Assembly (NCBI GenBank): GCA_035472395.1
Contig: DATIPC010000098.1
Location: forward strand, 11,631-75,630
Reading direction: 5' to 3'
Source of the DNA: Solirubrobacterales bacterium
Lineage (GTDB): Bacteria; Actinomycetota; Thermoleophilia; Solirubrobacterales; 70-9
Length of the DNA: 64,000 bases
Position numbers and translations under genes: made by a program. Numbering within the stretch: position 1 is the first letter of the stretch; each line of letters starts with the position of its first letter. The notes under the pieces were generated by a model, which saw only the letters and a program-made list of their open reading frames with translations, made no database searches and was not told the origin of the DNA. Below are positions 27,968 through 38,962 of this stretch, piece by piece.

Positions 27968-29137
27968 TCACCAGCGAAAGTCGATTCGCTGCTTGTAGGA
28001 GTCGAGGGCGGCGAGCACGTCGTCGATGTGATCGCCACCGAACTTCTCGCGGTAGCAGCGGACGAGGGTGAGGCAGACCATCGCCTCGGCGACGACCGCG
28101 GCGGCGGGGACGACGGTCGAGTCGGTGCGCTCGCGCAGCGCCTGGGCGGGCTCCTTGGTCTCGGTGTCGACCGAGCGCAGCGGCTTGGTCAGGGTCGAGA
28201 TCGGCTTGATCGCCGCCCGCACTGAAAGGGGCTGACCGTTGGTCATGCCTCCCTCGAGCCCGCCGGCGTGGTTGGTCTCGCGGTAGTAGCCGCGCTCCTC
28301 TGACCAGAAGATCTCGTCGTGCGCCTCGGAACCGGGGCGACCCGCGACATCCCAGGCTTCGCCGATCGCGACCCCCTTCACCGACTGGATCGAGGCGACG
28401 GCACCGGCAAGGCGCCCGTCGAGACGGTCTTCCCAGGAAATGTGCGAGCCGAGCCCGGGGACGAGGCCGAAGACGAGCACCTCGAAGCTGCCGCCGAGGC
28501 TCTCGTTGGCCTTGCGCAAGCGGTTGATCTCCGCGACCATCGCGGCGCTCGCATCGCTATCGAGGCAACGCACCGGATCGTCGTCGACCGCGGTGAAGTC
28601 CTCCGGGCCGAGGCCGGGCCGCTCGGGCGCTTTCACCGAGGCGATCTGGGTGACGTGGCTATAGACGCTCACCCCCAGCGCCGTGAGCAGGCCGCGGGCA
28701 AGCGACCCCGCCGCCACCCGGGCCGCGGTCTCGCGGGCGCTGGCACGCTCGAGGACGTTGCGAATGTCGCTGTGGCCGTATTTCTGGGCGCCGACCAGAT
28801 CGGCGTGTCCCGGCCGCGGCAAGTGGACCTCGTCGACCTCGGCATCGACCGGCCAGGGATTCATCCGCTCCTCCCAGTTGGCGTAGTCGCGGTTGGCGAC
28901 CAGCACCGCGATCGGGCTGCCCAGGGTGTGCCCGTGGCGAACCCCGGAGCGGATCTCGACCGAGTCGGACTCGATCCTCATCCGGCCACCCCGCCCATGG
29001 CCGAGCTGGCGTCGCGCCATGTCGCGGTCGAGCGCCTCCCGGTCGAGCTCCAGCCCGGCCGGCATGCCCTCGACGATCGCGACCAGGCCGGGGCCATGCG
29101 ACTCACCTGCGGTCGTAAACCGAAAGCGCGTGCTCAT
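27968..29137 (-). CDS. aroC: chorismate synthase
   Basis: MSTRFRFTTAGESHGPGLVAIVEGMPAG..., GRSSARETAARVAAG-like segment. Confidence 0.95.
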   Translation of the reverse strand: MSTRFRFTTAGESHGPGLVAIVEGMPAGLELDREALDRDMARRQLGHGRGGRMRIESDSVEIRSGVRHGHTLGSPIAVLVANRDYANWEERMNPWPVDAEVDEVHLPRPGHADLVGAQKYGHSDIRNVLERASARETAARVAAGSLARGLLTALGVSVYSHVTQIASVKAPERPGLGPEDFTAVDDDPVRCLDSDASAAMVAEINRLRKANESLGGSFEVLVFGLVPGLGSHISWEDRLDGRLAGAVASIQSVKGVAIGEAWDVAGRPGSEAHDEIFWSEERGYYRETNHAGGLEGGMTNGQPLSVRAAIKPISTLTKPLRSVDTETKEPAQALRERTDSTVVPAAAVVAEAMVCLTLVRCYREKFGGDHIDDVLAALDSYKQRIDFRW

Positions 29138-29160
29138 TCCCGCAAGGCTATAGGCGGAAC

Positions 29161-29206
29161 CGCTGTCGGGTTTTCCCTGGCAGGAGCACGGGAAAAGTCG
29201 ACAGCG
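29161..29206 (-). other. compound intergenic hairpin between aroE and aroC
   Basis: CGCTGTCG (29161-68) / CGACAGCG (29199-206) enclosing TTTTCCC (29171-77) / GGGAAAA (29190-96). Confidence 0.55.
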
Positions 29207-29209
29207 ACA

Positions 29210-30001
29210 TCAAGCGCGCGCCGCGGCGCGCATCGCATCCAGCGAGGGCTCGTGCCCGGTCCAGATCCGCAGCGAGAGAGCGCCCTGGCGGACGAGGATC
29301 TCGATTCCGTCGACGACAGTCGCCCCGACGGCCGCGGCGGCGGCGAGTAGGCTGCTCGGCCGATCGCCGTAGACGAGGTCGACGACGGTCTGCGCAGCGC
29401 CGAACGCATCCGGTCTGAGCGGAAGCTCAGCGAACGGATCCTCGCCGCGCAGGCCGACAGCGGTCGTGTTGACGATCAGCTCGTAGTCGCGGGCATCGGG
29501 GGTCGCGGTCGGCTCACCCCCCAGCTCCCGGCAGAGGTTCTCGGCGCGCAACGCCGTGCGGTTCCAGACCGCCACCTCGGCGCCCTCGCGGACGAGCGCC
29601 CAGACGGCGGCCCGGGCGGCACCGCCGGCTCCCAACACCAGCGCCTGCAGGCTCTCGGGCGAGCCGGGAAGCGCGTCCAGCAGCCCCTGCGCATCGGTGT
29701 TGTCGGCGCGGATCTCGCCGCCCTCGAAGCTGAGCGTGTTCGATGCCCCAATCTCCCGCGCCGTCTCTGAGAGCGAGTCCGCAAGCGAGAGCGCCGCTCC
29801 CTTGTGGGGGACGGTGACGTTGGCGCCGGCGAACCCCTCGCCCGCCATCGCCCGCACCCGCGTCTCGAGCTCATCCGGCGCGACGTCGATCGCCTCGTAG
29901 CTCCACTCCCCGGCCAGCCCAAGCTCGGCCAGCGCCGCTCCGTGCATCGCCGGCGAGCGGGAATGCCCCACCGGGTGACCGAGAACGGCGAGGCGCCTCA
30001 T
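29210..30001 (-). CDS. aroE: shikimate dehydrogenase
   Basis: LAVLGHPVGHSRSPAMHGAA, NVTVPHK, LGAGGAARA. Confidence 0.9.
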   Translation of the reverse strand: MRRLAVLGHPVGHSRSPAMHGAALAELGLAGEWSYEAIDVAPDELETRVRAMAGEGFAGANVTVPHKGAALSLADSLSETAREIGASNTLSFEGGEIRADNTDAQGLLDALPGSPESLQALVLGAGGAARAAVWALVREGAEVAVWNRTALRAENLCRELGGEPTATPDARDYELIVNTTAVGLRGEDPFAELPLRPDAFGAAQTVVDLVYGDRPSSLLAAAAAVGATVVDGIEILVRQGALSLRIWTGHEPSLDAMRAAARA

Positions 30002-30957
30002 TCTCCGCAGGTGTCCGGCGACTCGCCGCCGGCCGCTTCGCGCGCTTCGTCGTAGCGGGCGACGTCGGCTTCGAACTGCGCTTCGCTCGCGGAGAAGGAG
30101 TGTTCGCCGCAGGCCCCGGGCTTGACCACGTAGAAGAGGTAGTCGACCTTGGCCGGGTGCGCCGCCGCTTCGATCGAGGCCAGGCCGGGGCTGCCGATCG
30201 GGCCCGGCGGCAGGCCGGCATTGAGCCGGGTGTTGTAAGGGGAGTCCACGGCCAGCTCGGATTCGGTCAGCGGCCGGTCGTAGTTGCCGGTCGCGAAGCG
30301 GATCGTCGCGTCGATCCCCAGCGGCATCCCGTCGTGCAGGCGGTTGTAGATCACCGCGGCGATCAGCGGCCGCTCCTTCTCGAGCTGCGCCTCGCGCTCG
30401 ATCATCGAGGCGATCGTCACCACGTCGCGGGTAGTGAGGTTCTTGGAGCGCGCATAGCGCATATCGACCCCCGCGACGCGGCGCTTGAAATCCTGCAGCT
30501 GCAGTTCGACCAGATCAGAGGCGGGCGCGCCTTTTTCCAGTTCGAAGGTGTCGGGAAAGAGGAACCCCTCATGACCCTTGCTGGCCTTCATGTAGCTGCC
30601 GGTCAGGCCGGCTTCCTTGGCGATCTGCGCGGTCTGCTCACGGCTGTAGCCCTCGGGGATCGTCACCGTGACCGTCTTCAGCACGACCGGTGGCGGCGCG
30701 TCGCTCCGCCGGGAGTGGCGGTAGACAGCCGCAGCGGCGAGCGCGGCGAGCAGGAGAACCACGACCGCCACTCCGGCGAGCGCGATGCGACGGCGGCTGC
30801 GGCGGGGCTTTGACGGCGGGCCGCCAGAAGGCTCTGGGGGGGGCTCGGCGGGAGGTGGAGCGGTCGGCGCTGCACTGTGGCGCCGCTCCTCCCGTTCCCT
30901 CCACCTCCGCTCCCTCTCGGTGGCGTCAGGGTCGTCGCCGAACCAGTCCTCACTCAT
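29998..30957 (-). CDS. mltG: endolytic transglycosylase MltG (YceG-like)
   Basis: Disordered N-terminus plus a TM helix, then the YceG domain (ASMIEREA, YNTRLNAGLPPGPIGSPG). Confidence 0.85.
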   Translation of the reverse strand: MSEDWFGDDPDATERERRWREREERRHSAAPTAPPPAEPPPEPSGGPPSKPRRSRRRIALAGVAVVVLLLAALAAAAVYRHSRRSDAPPPVVLKTVTVTIPEGYSREQTAQIAKEAGLTGSYMKASKGHEGFLFPDTFELEKGAPASDLVELQLQDFKRRVAGVDMRYARSKNLTTRDVVTIASMIEREAQLEKERPLIAAVIYNRLHDGMPLGIDATIRFATGNYDRPLTESELAVDSPYNTRLNAGLPPGPIGSPGLASIEAAAHPAKVDYLFYVVKPGACGEHSFSASEAQFEADVARYDEAREAAGGESPDTCGE

Positions 30958-31357
30958 CGTCTGCGGAGCCCTCGATCGCCGCCTGTCCGGCGAGGTAGGC
31001 CTGCAGCAAGTGGGCGGCAGCGAGGGAATCCGGCGCCGCCGCCGCCCCTTCGCGCTTGCTCGCCTCGGCCATCCTGGTCGTCAAGCGCTCGTCATAGGTC
31101 TCGACTGGGACGTCGAGGATGGCCTCCAGTTCGACGCAGAAGGTCCGCGTGAGTTTCGCCTGCGCGCCCTCCTCGCCGCTGAGGTGGAGCGGCAGCCCGA
31201 CGACGACGCGCTCGACCTCGTACTGAGCGGCCAGCTCCGCCACCGAACGGGGCTCCGGCGGCTCAATCACGGGCAGCGGCGTCGAGAGGGTTCCGCTCGG
31301 ATCGGAGATCGCGCAGCCGATCCGGGCGGTGCCGTAGTCGAGGGCGAGCACGCGCAC
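30950..31357 (-). CDS. ruvX: Holliday junction resolvase-like RuvX (YqgF)
   Basis: MRVLALDYGTARIGCAISDPSG...VVGLPLHLSGEEG. Confidence 0.9.
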   Translation of the reverse strand: MRVLALDYGTARIGCAISDPSGTLSTPLPVIEPPEPRSVAELAAQYEVERVVVGLPLHLSGEEGAQAKLTRTFCVELEAILDVPVETYDERLTTRMAEASKREGAAAAPDSLAAAHLLQAYLAGQAAIEGSADDE

Positions 31358-34038
31358 TACGAGAGCGCCTTCGAGATCGCCTCACGCGCCACAGCCAGTG
31401 CCTCGTCGAGCCTGGACGGATCCTTGCCGCCCGCCTGCGCCATCTCGTCGCGGCCACCGCCGCCGCCACCGACCAGCGGCGCTGCCTCGCGGACGATCGC
31501 GGCCGCCGAGAGACCGCGCCCCACCGCGCCCTTGGAGACGAGCACGACCAGGCCGACCTTGGACCCCTCGGCGCCACCAAGCGCAATCGCCGACTCGCCG
31601 CCCAGCTTCGACTGCACCCGGTTGGCCAGCTCGAGCAGCTGCTTCTGGTCGGCGATGGGAGCCTGCGAGCTGACGACGCCGAGGCCACCGACATCCTCGG
31701 CCGTGCCGACAAGACGCTCCGCCTCATCGCCCAGCAACTGCTTCGCCGCCTGCTTGGCGCCCTGCCCCGCCTCCCGCAGACGCTCCGCCGCGCGCCTGGC
31801 CCCGGTCAGCGGGTCCTGCGGGGAGCCGAGCAGCTCGCCAACCTCGCGCAGGCGCTCCTCGCTGTGGCGGAACCAGTCGATCGCGGCGGGGCCGGTCAGA
31901 GCCTCTATCCGCCGCACGTTCGCAGCGCTGGAGCCCTCCGAGGCGATCTTGAAGATGCCGACCTCGGCCGTGTTGGCAACGTGGGTACCGCCACACAGCT
32001 CACGCGAGACCCCGTCGACCTCAACCACCCGGACCCACTCGCCGTATTTCTCGCCGAACAGCGCCATCGCCCCCAGCTTCTCGGCCTCGGTGCGCTCCAT
32101 CTCCAGCCAGCGCACCGGCCGGCTCGCCTTGACCCAGTCGTTGACCCGATCCTCGACCGCGGCGAGGTCCTCCGCGGCGAGCGCCTGGCCGTGGGTGAAG
32201 TCGAAACGGAGCTTGTCGGGCCGCACGGCCGAGCCGGCCTGGCGGACGTGGTCGCCCAGCCGCTCGCGCAGCGCCGCGTGCAGGAGGTGGGTAGCGGTGT
32301 GGTTGCGCATCGTCGCGTGGCGCGTCTCATGGTCGACCAAGACATCAACCGCCGCCTCCTCTGCTCCCGCAAGGACGCGCTCATCACCACCGGAAGCCTC
32401 GCGTCCTTGCTCCCGCGTCCGGGGGCGGCGGGCAACGACCTCGAGCACCTGGTCGTCTCCGACGCGGTAGACATCGACGACTTCGGCTTCCCCATCCGCC
32501 CAGCGCAACACTCCCGAGTCGGCGACCTGACCACCCCCCTCGGGGTAGAAGGGACTCTCCTCGAGCTTGACCAGCGCCCTGCCGTCATTCACCTCGATCG
32601 CGGCTAGGCCGGTGGTCGCGCGCAGCGTCTCGTAGCCGACGAAGCGGGTCGGCGGCGCCTGCGTCGCGAACTCGGCCACCCGCTCGTGAGAACGCTCGGA
32701 ACCGTGCGCGGTGGCGGCGCCGACGCGGGCGCGCTGGCGCTGCTCCTCCATCAGCTCCTCGAAGCCGCCGTCGTCGACCGCGAGGCCCTGCTCGGCGAGC
32801 AGCTCCTTGGTCAGGTCGTAGGGGAAGCCGTAGGTGTCGTGGAGCTTGAAGGCGTCGGCGGCGTCGATCCAGGAGGTGCTGGATTCCTTTGCCTCGGAGA
32901 CCAAGCGCTCCAGCAGCTCGGTGCCGCGCTCCAGGGTGCGGCCGAAGCTCTCCTCCTCGTCGCCGACCCAGCGCGCGATCGCCTCCCGCTCCGCGACCAG
33001 CTCCGAATAGGCGCCGCCCATGATCTCGATCGCCCGCTCGGCGAAGCGACCCAGCCAGGGCGCCTCGAGACCCAGCGTGCGGCCCTGCTGAATCGCCCGT
33101 CGCATGATCCGCCGCAGGATGTAGCCACGGTCTTCGTTGGAAGGAACGACGCCATCCGCGATCAGGAAGGCGGCGCCGCGCGAGTGGTCGGCGACGATCC
33201 GCATCGCGCGCGTCACCGCCCCGCCCTCCGCGTAGGAGCGGCCCGAGAGCTCCTCGGCGAGGTCGAGGAGCGGGCGGATCAGGTCCGTCTCGAAGACGGA
33301 GGGAGCGTCCTGGAGGATCGCCGCCATCCGGTCGAGGCCCATGCCGGTGTCGATGTTGCGCATCGGCAGCTCGGTCAGCTTGCCGTCGGCGGAGAGGTCG
33401 TAGGTCATGAAGACGTGGTTCCAGAACTCGAGGAAGCGGTCGGTGTCGTCGCCGGGTCGCTCGCCGGCCGAGCCGAAGTCCTCGCCGCGATCCAGGTAGA
33501 GCTCAGAACAGGGGCCGCAGGGGCCGGTCGGGCCCGCCTGCCAGAAGTTGTCCTCGCGGCCGAGCAGGACGATCCGCTCCTCCGACATCCCCTGCGCCTT
33601 CCAGATCTCTATCGCGTCGGTATCCGGACCGAGGCCAAGCTCCTCATCGCCACCGAACACGGTCGCCCAGATCCGCTCCGGGTCCATCCCGAACCCCTGC
33701 GTCGCCAGCTCCCAGCCCCAGGGGATCGACTCTGCCTTGAAGTAGTCGCCAAAGCTCCAGTTGCCGAGCATCTCGAAGAAAGTGAGGTGGCGAGCCGTGT
33801 TGCCGACCTCCTCGATGTCGGTCGTGCGGAAGCACTTCTGCACGTCGGCGAGCCGCGGCGCGGGCGGCTTCTCGCGCCCCAGAAAGTACGGCTTGAAGGG
33901 CTGCATCCCGGCCGTGGTCAGCAGCACCGATGGGTCGTGAGCCGAGGGAACCAGCGATGCCGAGGGCACGATCTTGTGCCCTCGCTGCTCAAAGAAGGAA
34001 AGGAACGTGTCGCGGATTTCCTCGGCTTTCATAGGCAA
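31357..34038 (-). CDS. alaS: alanine--tRNA ligase
   Basis: 893 aa. EIRDTFLSFFEQRGHKIVPSASLVP, FEMLGNWSFGDYFK, editing-domain HTATHLLH, C-terminal DHHA1-like GGGGGRDEMAQAGG. Confidence 0.95.
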   Translation of the reverse strand: MPMKAEEIRDTFLSFFEQRGHKIVPSASLVPSAHDPSVLLTTAGMQPFKPYFLGREKPPAPRLADVQKCFRTTDIEEVGNTARHLTFFEMLGNWSFGDYFKAESIPWGWELATQGFGMDPERIWATVFGGDEELGLGPDTDAIEIWKAQGMSEERIVLLGREDNFWQAGPTGPCGPCSELYLDRGEDFGSAGERPGDDTDRFLEFWNHVFMTYDLSADGKLTELPMRNIDTGMGLDRMAAILQDAPSVFETDLIRPLLDLAEELSGRSYAEGGAVTRAMRIVADHSRGAAFLIADGVVPSNEDRGYILRRIMRRAIQQGRTLGLEAPWLGRFAERAIEIMGGAYSELVAEREAIARWVGDEEESFGRTLERGTELLERLVSEAKESSTSWIDAADAFKLHDTYGFPYDLTKELLAEQGLAVDDGGFEELMEEQRQRARVGAATAHGSERSHERVAEFATQAPPTRFVGYETLRATTGLAAIEVNDGRALVKLEESPFYPEGGGQVADSGVLRWADGEAEVVDVYRVGDDQVLEVVARRPRTREQGREASGGDERVLAGAEEAAVDVLVDHETRHATMRNHTATHLLHAALRERLGDHVRQAGSAVRPDKLRFDFTHGQALAAEDLAAVEDRVNDWVKASRPVRWLEMERTEAEKLGAMALFGEKYGEWVRVVEVDGVSRELCGGTHVANTAEVGIFKIASEGSSAANVRRIEALTGPAAIDWFRHSEERLREVGELLGSPQDPLTGARRAAERLREAGQGAKQAAKQLLGDEAERLVGTAEDVGGLGVVSSQAPIADQKQLLELANRVQSKLGGESAIALGGAEGSKVGLVVLVSKGAVGRGLSAAAIVREAAPLVGGGGGGRDEMAQAGGKDPSRLDEALAVAREAISKALS

Positions 34039-34076
34039 CAGAGCCTAAGTCAACGAGGCGGTGGTTCGGGGTGGCG

Positions 34077-35525
34077 TCAGCCGGACCGAGCGATAGTGCC
34101 GTGCCCGACGATCGCCTCGCCGCAGAGCAACACCGCCGCCTGGCCCGGCGAGGCGGCGTCGAATGACTCGCCCAGCTCCACGTCCAACTCGGCGTGGCGC
34201 CCGCTCCCCGCGCCGCTGACCGAGGCCGGGATCGGCGTCGCCTGGTAGCGCAGCTTGACTGCGTCGACGCGGTCGCCGTCACGGTGCAGGACGGCATCGC
34301 GGATCCGCACCCGGCTCGTCGCCAGCTCCGCCCGGGGACCGACGGTGACCGTGTTGGCCGTGGCGTCGGTCGCAACCACGTAGAGCGGTTCGGGTGAGGA
34401 GACCCCGATCCCGCGCCGCTGCCCAACCGTGAAGTTGTGGTGGCCACGGTGGCGGCCGATCGTCTGGCCGGAGCGGTCCAGCACCGCGCCATCGCGCTCG
34501 CCGAGGCCGCCGTGACGGCGCAGGAACCGGCCCTTGCCCTGGCCAGCGAGGAAGCAGAGGTCCTGGCTCTCGGGCTTCTTCGCGACGGCGAGATCGTGGC
34601 GGGCGGCGATCTCGCGCACCTCGGGCTTGGTCAGCTCGGTGAGCGGGAAGCGCAGCCTGTCGAGGAGCGCCGGAGGCAGGGCGGCGAGCATGTAGCTCTG
34701 GTCCTTGTTGCGATCGGAGGCGGCGGCGAGCAGAGGGCCCGACTCGTCGTCGACGATGCGAGCGTAGTGGCCGGTGACCAGGTAGTCGGCACCGACGCGC
34801 TCGGCCAGATCGATCATCGCCGCGATCCGCACCTCGCCGTTGCAGACGATGCAGGGGTTGGGGGTCGCGCCCGCTCCGTATCCGGAGAGAAAGGCGCCGA
34901 CCACGCGGCGACGGAACTCCTCCTCCAGATCGAGGGTGAGATGCGGAATCCCCAGCGAGTGGGCAACGGCTCGAGCGCCGAGGACCGCCTCGGGCGAGCA
35001 GCAGGCTTTGGCGCCGTCGGTCTCGGGATCGGCCCAGAGCTTCAGCGTCACGCCAAGCACGTCTGCGCCCCGCTCTCGTTCCAGCAGGGCCGCGACGGCG
35101 CTGTCGACCCCACCGGACATGGCGATCAGGACGCGGCCGGGGTGCGGCGTGGCGAGTTGCTCCGAAGACGCCGCGGCACTCGCCAGCGCCCGGTGCAGAG
35201 CATCGGCAGCGAGCTGGGCAGCGTGGCGCTTGGCCGGGGTCAGGCCCCCGATCGCCTCGTCGATCTCGTCGATTCCGATGCGAGCGGCCTCGACGACAGG
35301 CTGGCCATCGACCATCTCGGCTACCGCCGCGGTGGCCGCCCGCGTCGCCCCGCACCCCTCGGCGTCGAAGGTCACCGCAGCGACGCGCCCATCCTCGAAC
35401 GCAAGCGACAGCCGCGAGAGGTCACCGCAGGCCGCCCCGCCCGCGGCGCCCGTGAAGGCACCCTCGAGCGACGGCCCAAGCCGCGTCTCGTCACGCAGGT
35501 AGTGCTCGAAAAGCTCCCGGCTCAC
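34077..35525 (-). CDS. mnmA: IscU/NifU-like domain fused to tRNA 2-thiouridine(34) synthase MnmA
   Basis: Residues 1-~120 are NifU-N-like (GGAACGD, EGCGA, PAKRHAAQLA). The rest is MnmA (IAMSGGVDSAVAA PP-loop, TPNPCIVCN, KDQSYML, SQDLCFL). Confidence 0.85.
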   Translation of the reverse strand: MSRELFEHYLRDETRLGPSLEGAFTGAAGGAACGDLSRLSLAFEDGRVAAVTFDAEGCGATRAATAAVAEMVDGQPVVEAARIGIDEIDEAIGGLTPAKRHAAQLAADALHRALASAAASSEQLATPHPGRVLIAMSGGVDSAVAALLERERGADVLGVTLKLWADPETDGAKACCSPEAVLGARAVAHSLGIPHLTLDLEEEFRRRVVGAFLSGYGAGATPNPCIVCNGEVRIAAMIDLAERVGADYLVTGHYARIVDDESGPLLAAASDRNKDQSYMLAALPPALLDRLRFPLTELTKPEVREIAARHDLAVAKKPESQDLCFLAGQGKGRFLRRHGGLGERDGAVLDRSGQTIGRHRGHHNFTVGQRRGIGVSSPEPLYVVATDATANTVTVGPRAELATSRVRIRDAVLHRDGDRVDAVKLRYQATPIPASVSGAGSGRHAELDVELGESFDAASPGQAAVLLCGEAIVGHGTIARSG

Positions 35526-36525
35526 GTCGCACAGCGTAGAGCCGCACTCAGATCGGCAGCGATACCCGCCCCGTCGTCACGGAGCTGGCGCCAGGTCACT
35601 CGCAACACGCGCCATCCGCCGACCATGAGCAACCTGTCGCGCTCGCGGTCGGACTCGAACGCCTTCGCCGTCCGGTGCACAGCCCGTCCATCGAGCTCGA
35701 CGATCAACCGCTCGCTCCTCCAGAGACAGTCGACCGAGAAGAACCGACCACCGACCGCAACATCGGCATTGAGCCGTGGGCGCGGCAGCCCACACGAATC
35801 AAGCAGCGCTGCAAAGCGCTCCTCCAAGTCGTTCTTGGTGACCCCGCGTGCCACGACCTCGTCGTCCAACAGAGCGCGGAGGGCCGCTGATCCTCGCCGC
35901 CGCGGATACCGCCCAAGCAGATCCGGGATCGACAGCCGATCGGTCAGGCCCTGCACTTCGACCTCGCTGAAAGCTCGCTCGAGCTGCCGCCTAGATACAA
36001 CAGCCGCGAGATCCAGCACCGTCCGTGGCACGGTGGTAACAGGGATCCCGTCGACAACGGCCCGCTCGTCGTTTGGCACCGAGGACGCGTGAGAGACGAT
36101 GCGGGAACGACCTCGAGCATGGGTCGGCCGCGTCACTTCGAAGGCCCGACTCGATCGCGGCACTATGCCCCATAACTCCCCCGCAGATCGATGGCTGAGC
36201 ACCGCCTCAGGTCCCAATGCGAGGGTCGCCGCCATCCATCGTCCACTGGTCGAGACGAGAGAATGGCCCACTGCATAGACCCCACGATGGATCAGATGCA
36301 ACGTCCCTCGTTGGAGGCGACCACCGATAGCGCGACGCCCAACCCCGGCATCGAGCAGCTGATATCTACGACCACCCCCTGCTGTGCGTCGGCCAACCCA
36401 GCAATCACCCGATCGACATGAGCTGCGCTCCCATCCAGCGAATGAAGTTCACCTTTGGCCCCTGTGAGGGGCTCAACGTGAACTTCGTCAGAGACGAAGC
36501 CTCCGGTCGACTTATGGATTGCCAT
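35522..36525 (-). pseudogene. DUF559 / Vsr-like endonuclease-domain gene, apparently frameshifted near 36295-36305
   Basis: ORF 35522..36301 starts abruptly at HLIHRGVYAVG and ends with LIVELDGRAVHRT...RDRLLMVGGWRVLRVTW. The expected N-terminal segment (DRVIAGLADAQQGVVVD...GLGVA...) is in another frame in ORF 36292..36525. Confidence 0.5.
36444..36499. repeat. repeat family B, copy 1 (palindromic element)
   Basis: GAAGTTCAC-CTTTG-GCCCCT-gtg-AGGGGC-TCAAC-GTGAACTTC, followed by the overlapping hairpin CTTCGTC-aga-GACGAAG. Confidence 0.7.
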
Positions 36526-36821
36526 TGCCCCGAGCCTGACCTGGCTCGACGCACGCGTGGCGCGCCAAATGTCAAATGTTTCGCACGAAAAAGAGGCTCC
36601 AACCCGCCGTTGCCGCCCCTGGCTTTGATCCCTTGAAGTAAAGGGTGGGCGCCTCCTCCGGATCCCACAGGACCAAGAGAGATCGGCCCCCGCGCCGTTT
36701 GTGTTGGGTCAAACGGTGGGACGGCTCTCGCACGGGCTCGAGCCTCGGTCCAACCGTACCACCGCGGCGGCTCTGTGGCGACTGGAGATCGGTCCAGATG
36801 ACCCTCGCCCGGGGCTTCGCC

Positions 36822-37115
36822 TCAATCGAGGTTGGAGAGCAGGAACTCGGCCTCGCTCCAATCGCCCCCACGCACCCGCAGGGCGATGTCGCCCCGGCCG
36901 AAGCGGTCGATTGGCCAGTCCGCGGTCAACGCCGCTTCGATTCCGGCCTCGATCAATGCCTGGTGCCAGGCGCGCGCGGTACGCACGTCGGCGAAATCAC
37001 GCACGACCTCCCAGGAATCGAAGGCCGGATCGTCGACGTGAATCGGCGTCTTCCCGGGGCCGGGCTCGCGACCCCGACGGGCGAATCGGAAGCGATCGAG
37101 GAGGCTCATCCTCAT
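36822..37115 (-). CDS. hypothetical small protein (possibly DUF2007-like)
   Basis: 97 aa with no strong motif. W..V....D...A......L...GI.A pattern. Confidence 0.45.
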   Translation of the reverse strand: MRMSLLDRFRFARRGREPGPGKTPIHVDDPAFDSWEVVRDFADVRTARAWHQALIEAGIEAALTADWPIDRFGRGDIALRVRGGDWSEAEFLLSNLD

Positions 37116-37165
37116 ATCTTGACCGCTCTTTTCCCTCTTGGGAATCGACCCTGGCGAATCTCAGC

Positions 37166-38958
<1,793 letters not shown>

Positions 38959-38962
<4 letters not shown>

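Noticed and set aside
34039-34076. T-box or other leader elements upstream of alaS, aspS and hisS
   Set aside because: These genes are separated from the upstream genes by 0-50 nt, or overlap them, which leaves no room for a leader RNA.
36526-36821. ORFs 36405..36668 (-), 36572..36871 (-) and 36418..36636 (+) in the 520-nt gap, and the idea of a housekeeping RNA (RNase P, tmRNA, SRP) there
   Set aside because: The translations are low-complexity with no SD, and they overlap one another. None of the conserved cores I remember (GAGGAAAGUCCGG, the tmRNA tag region, the SRP GGAA motif) is present.
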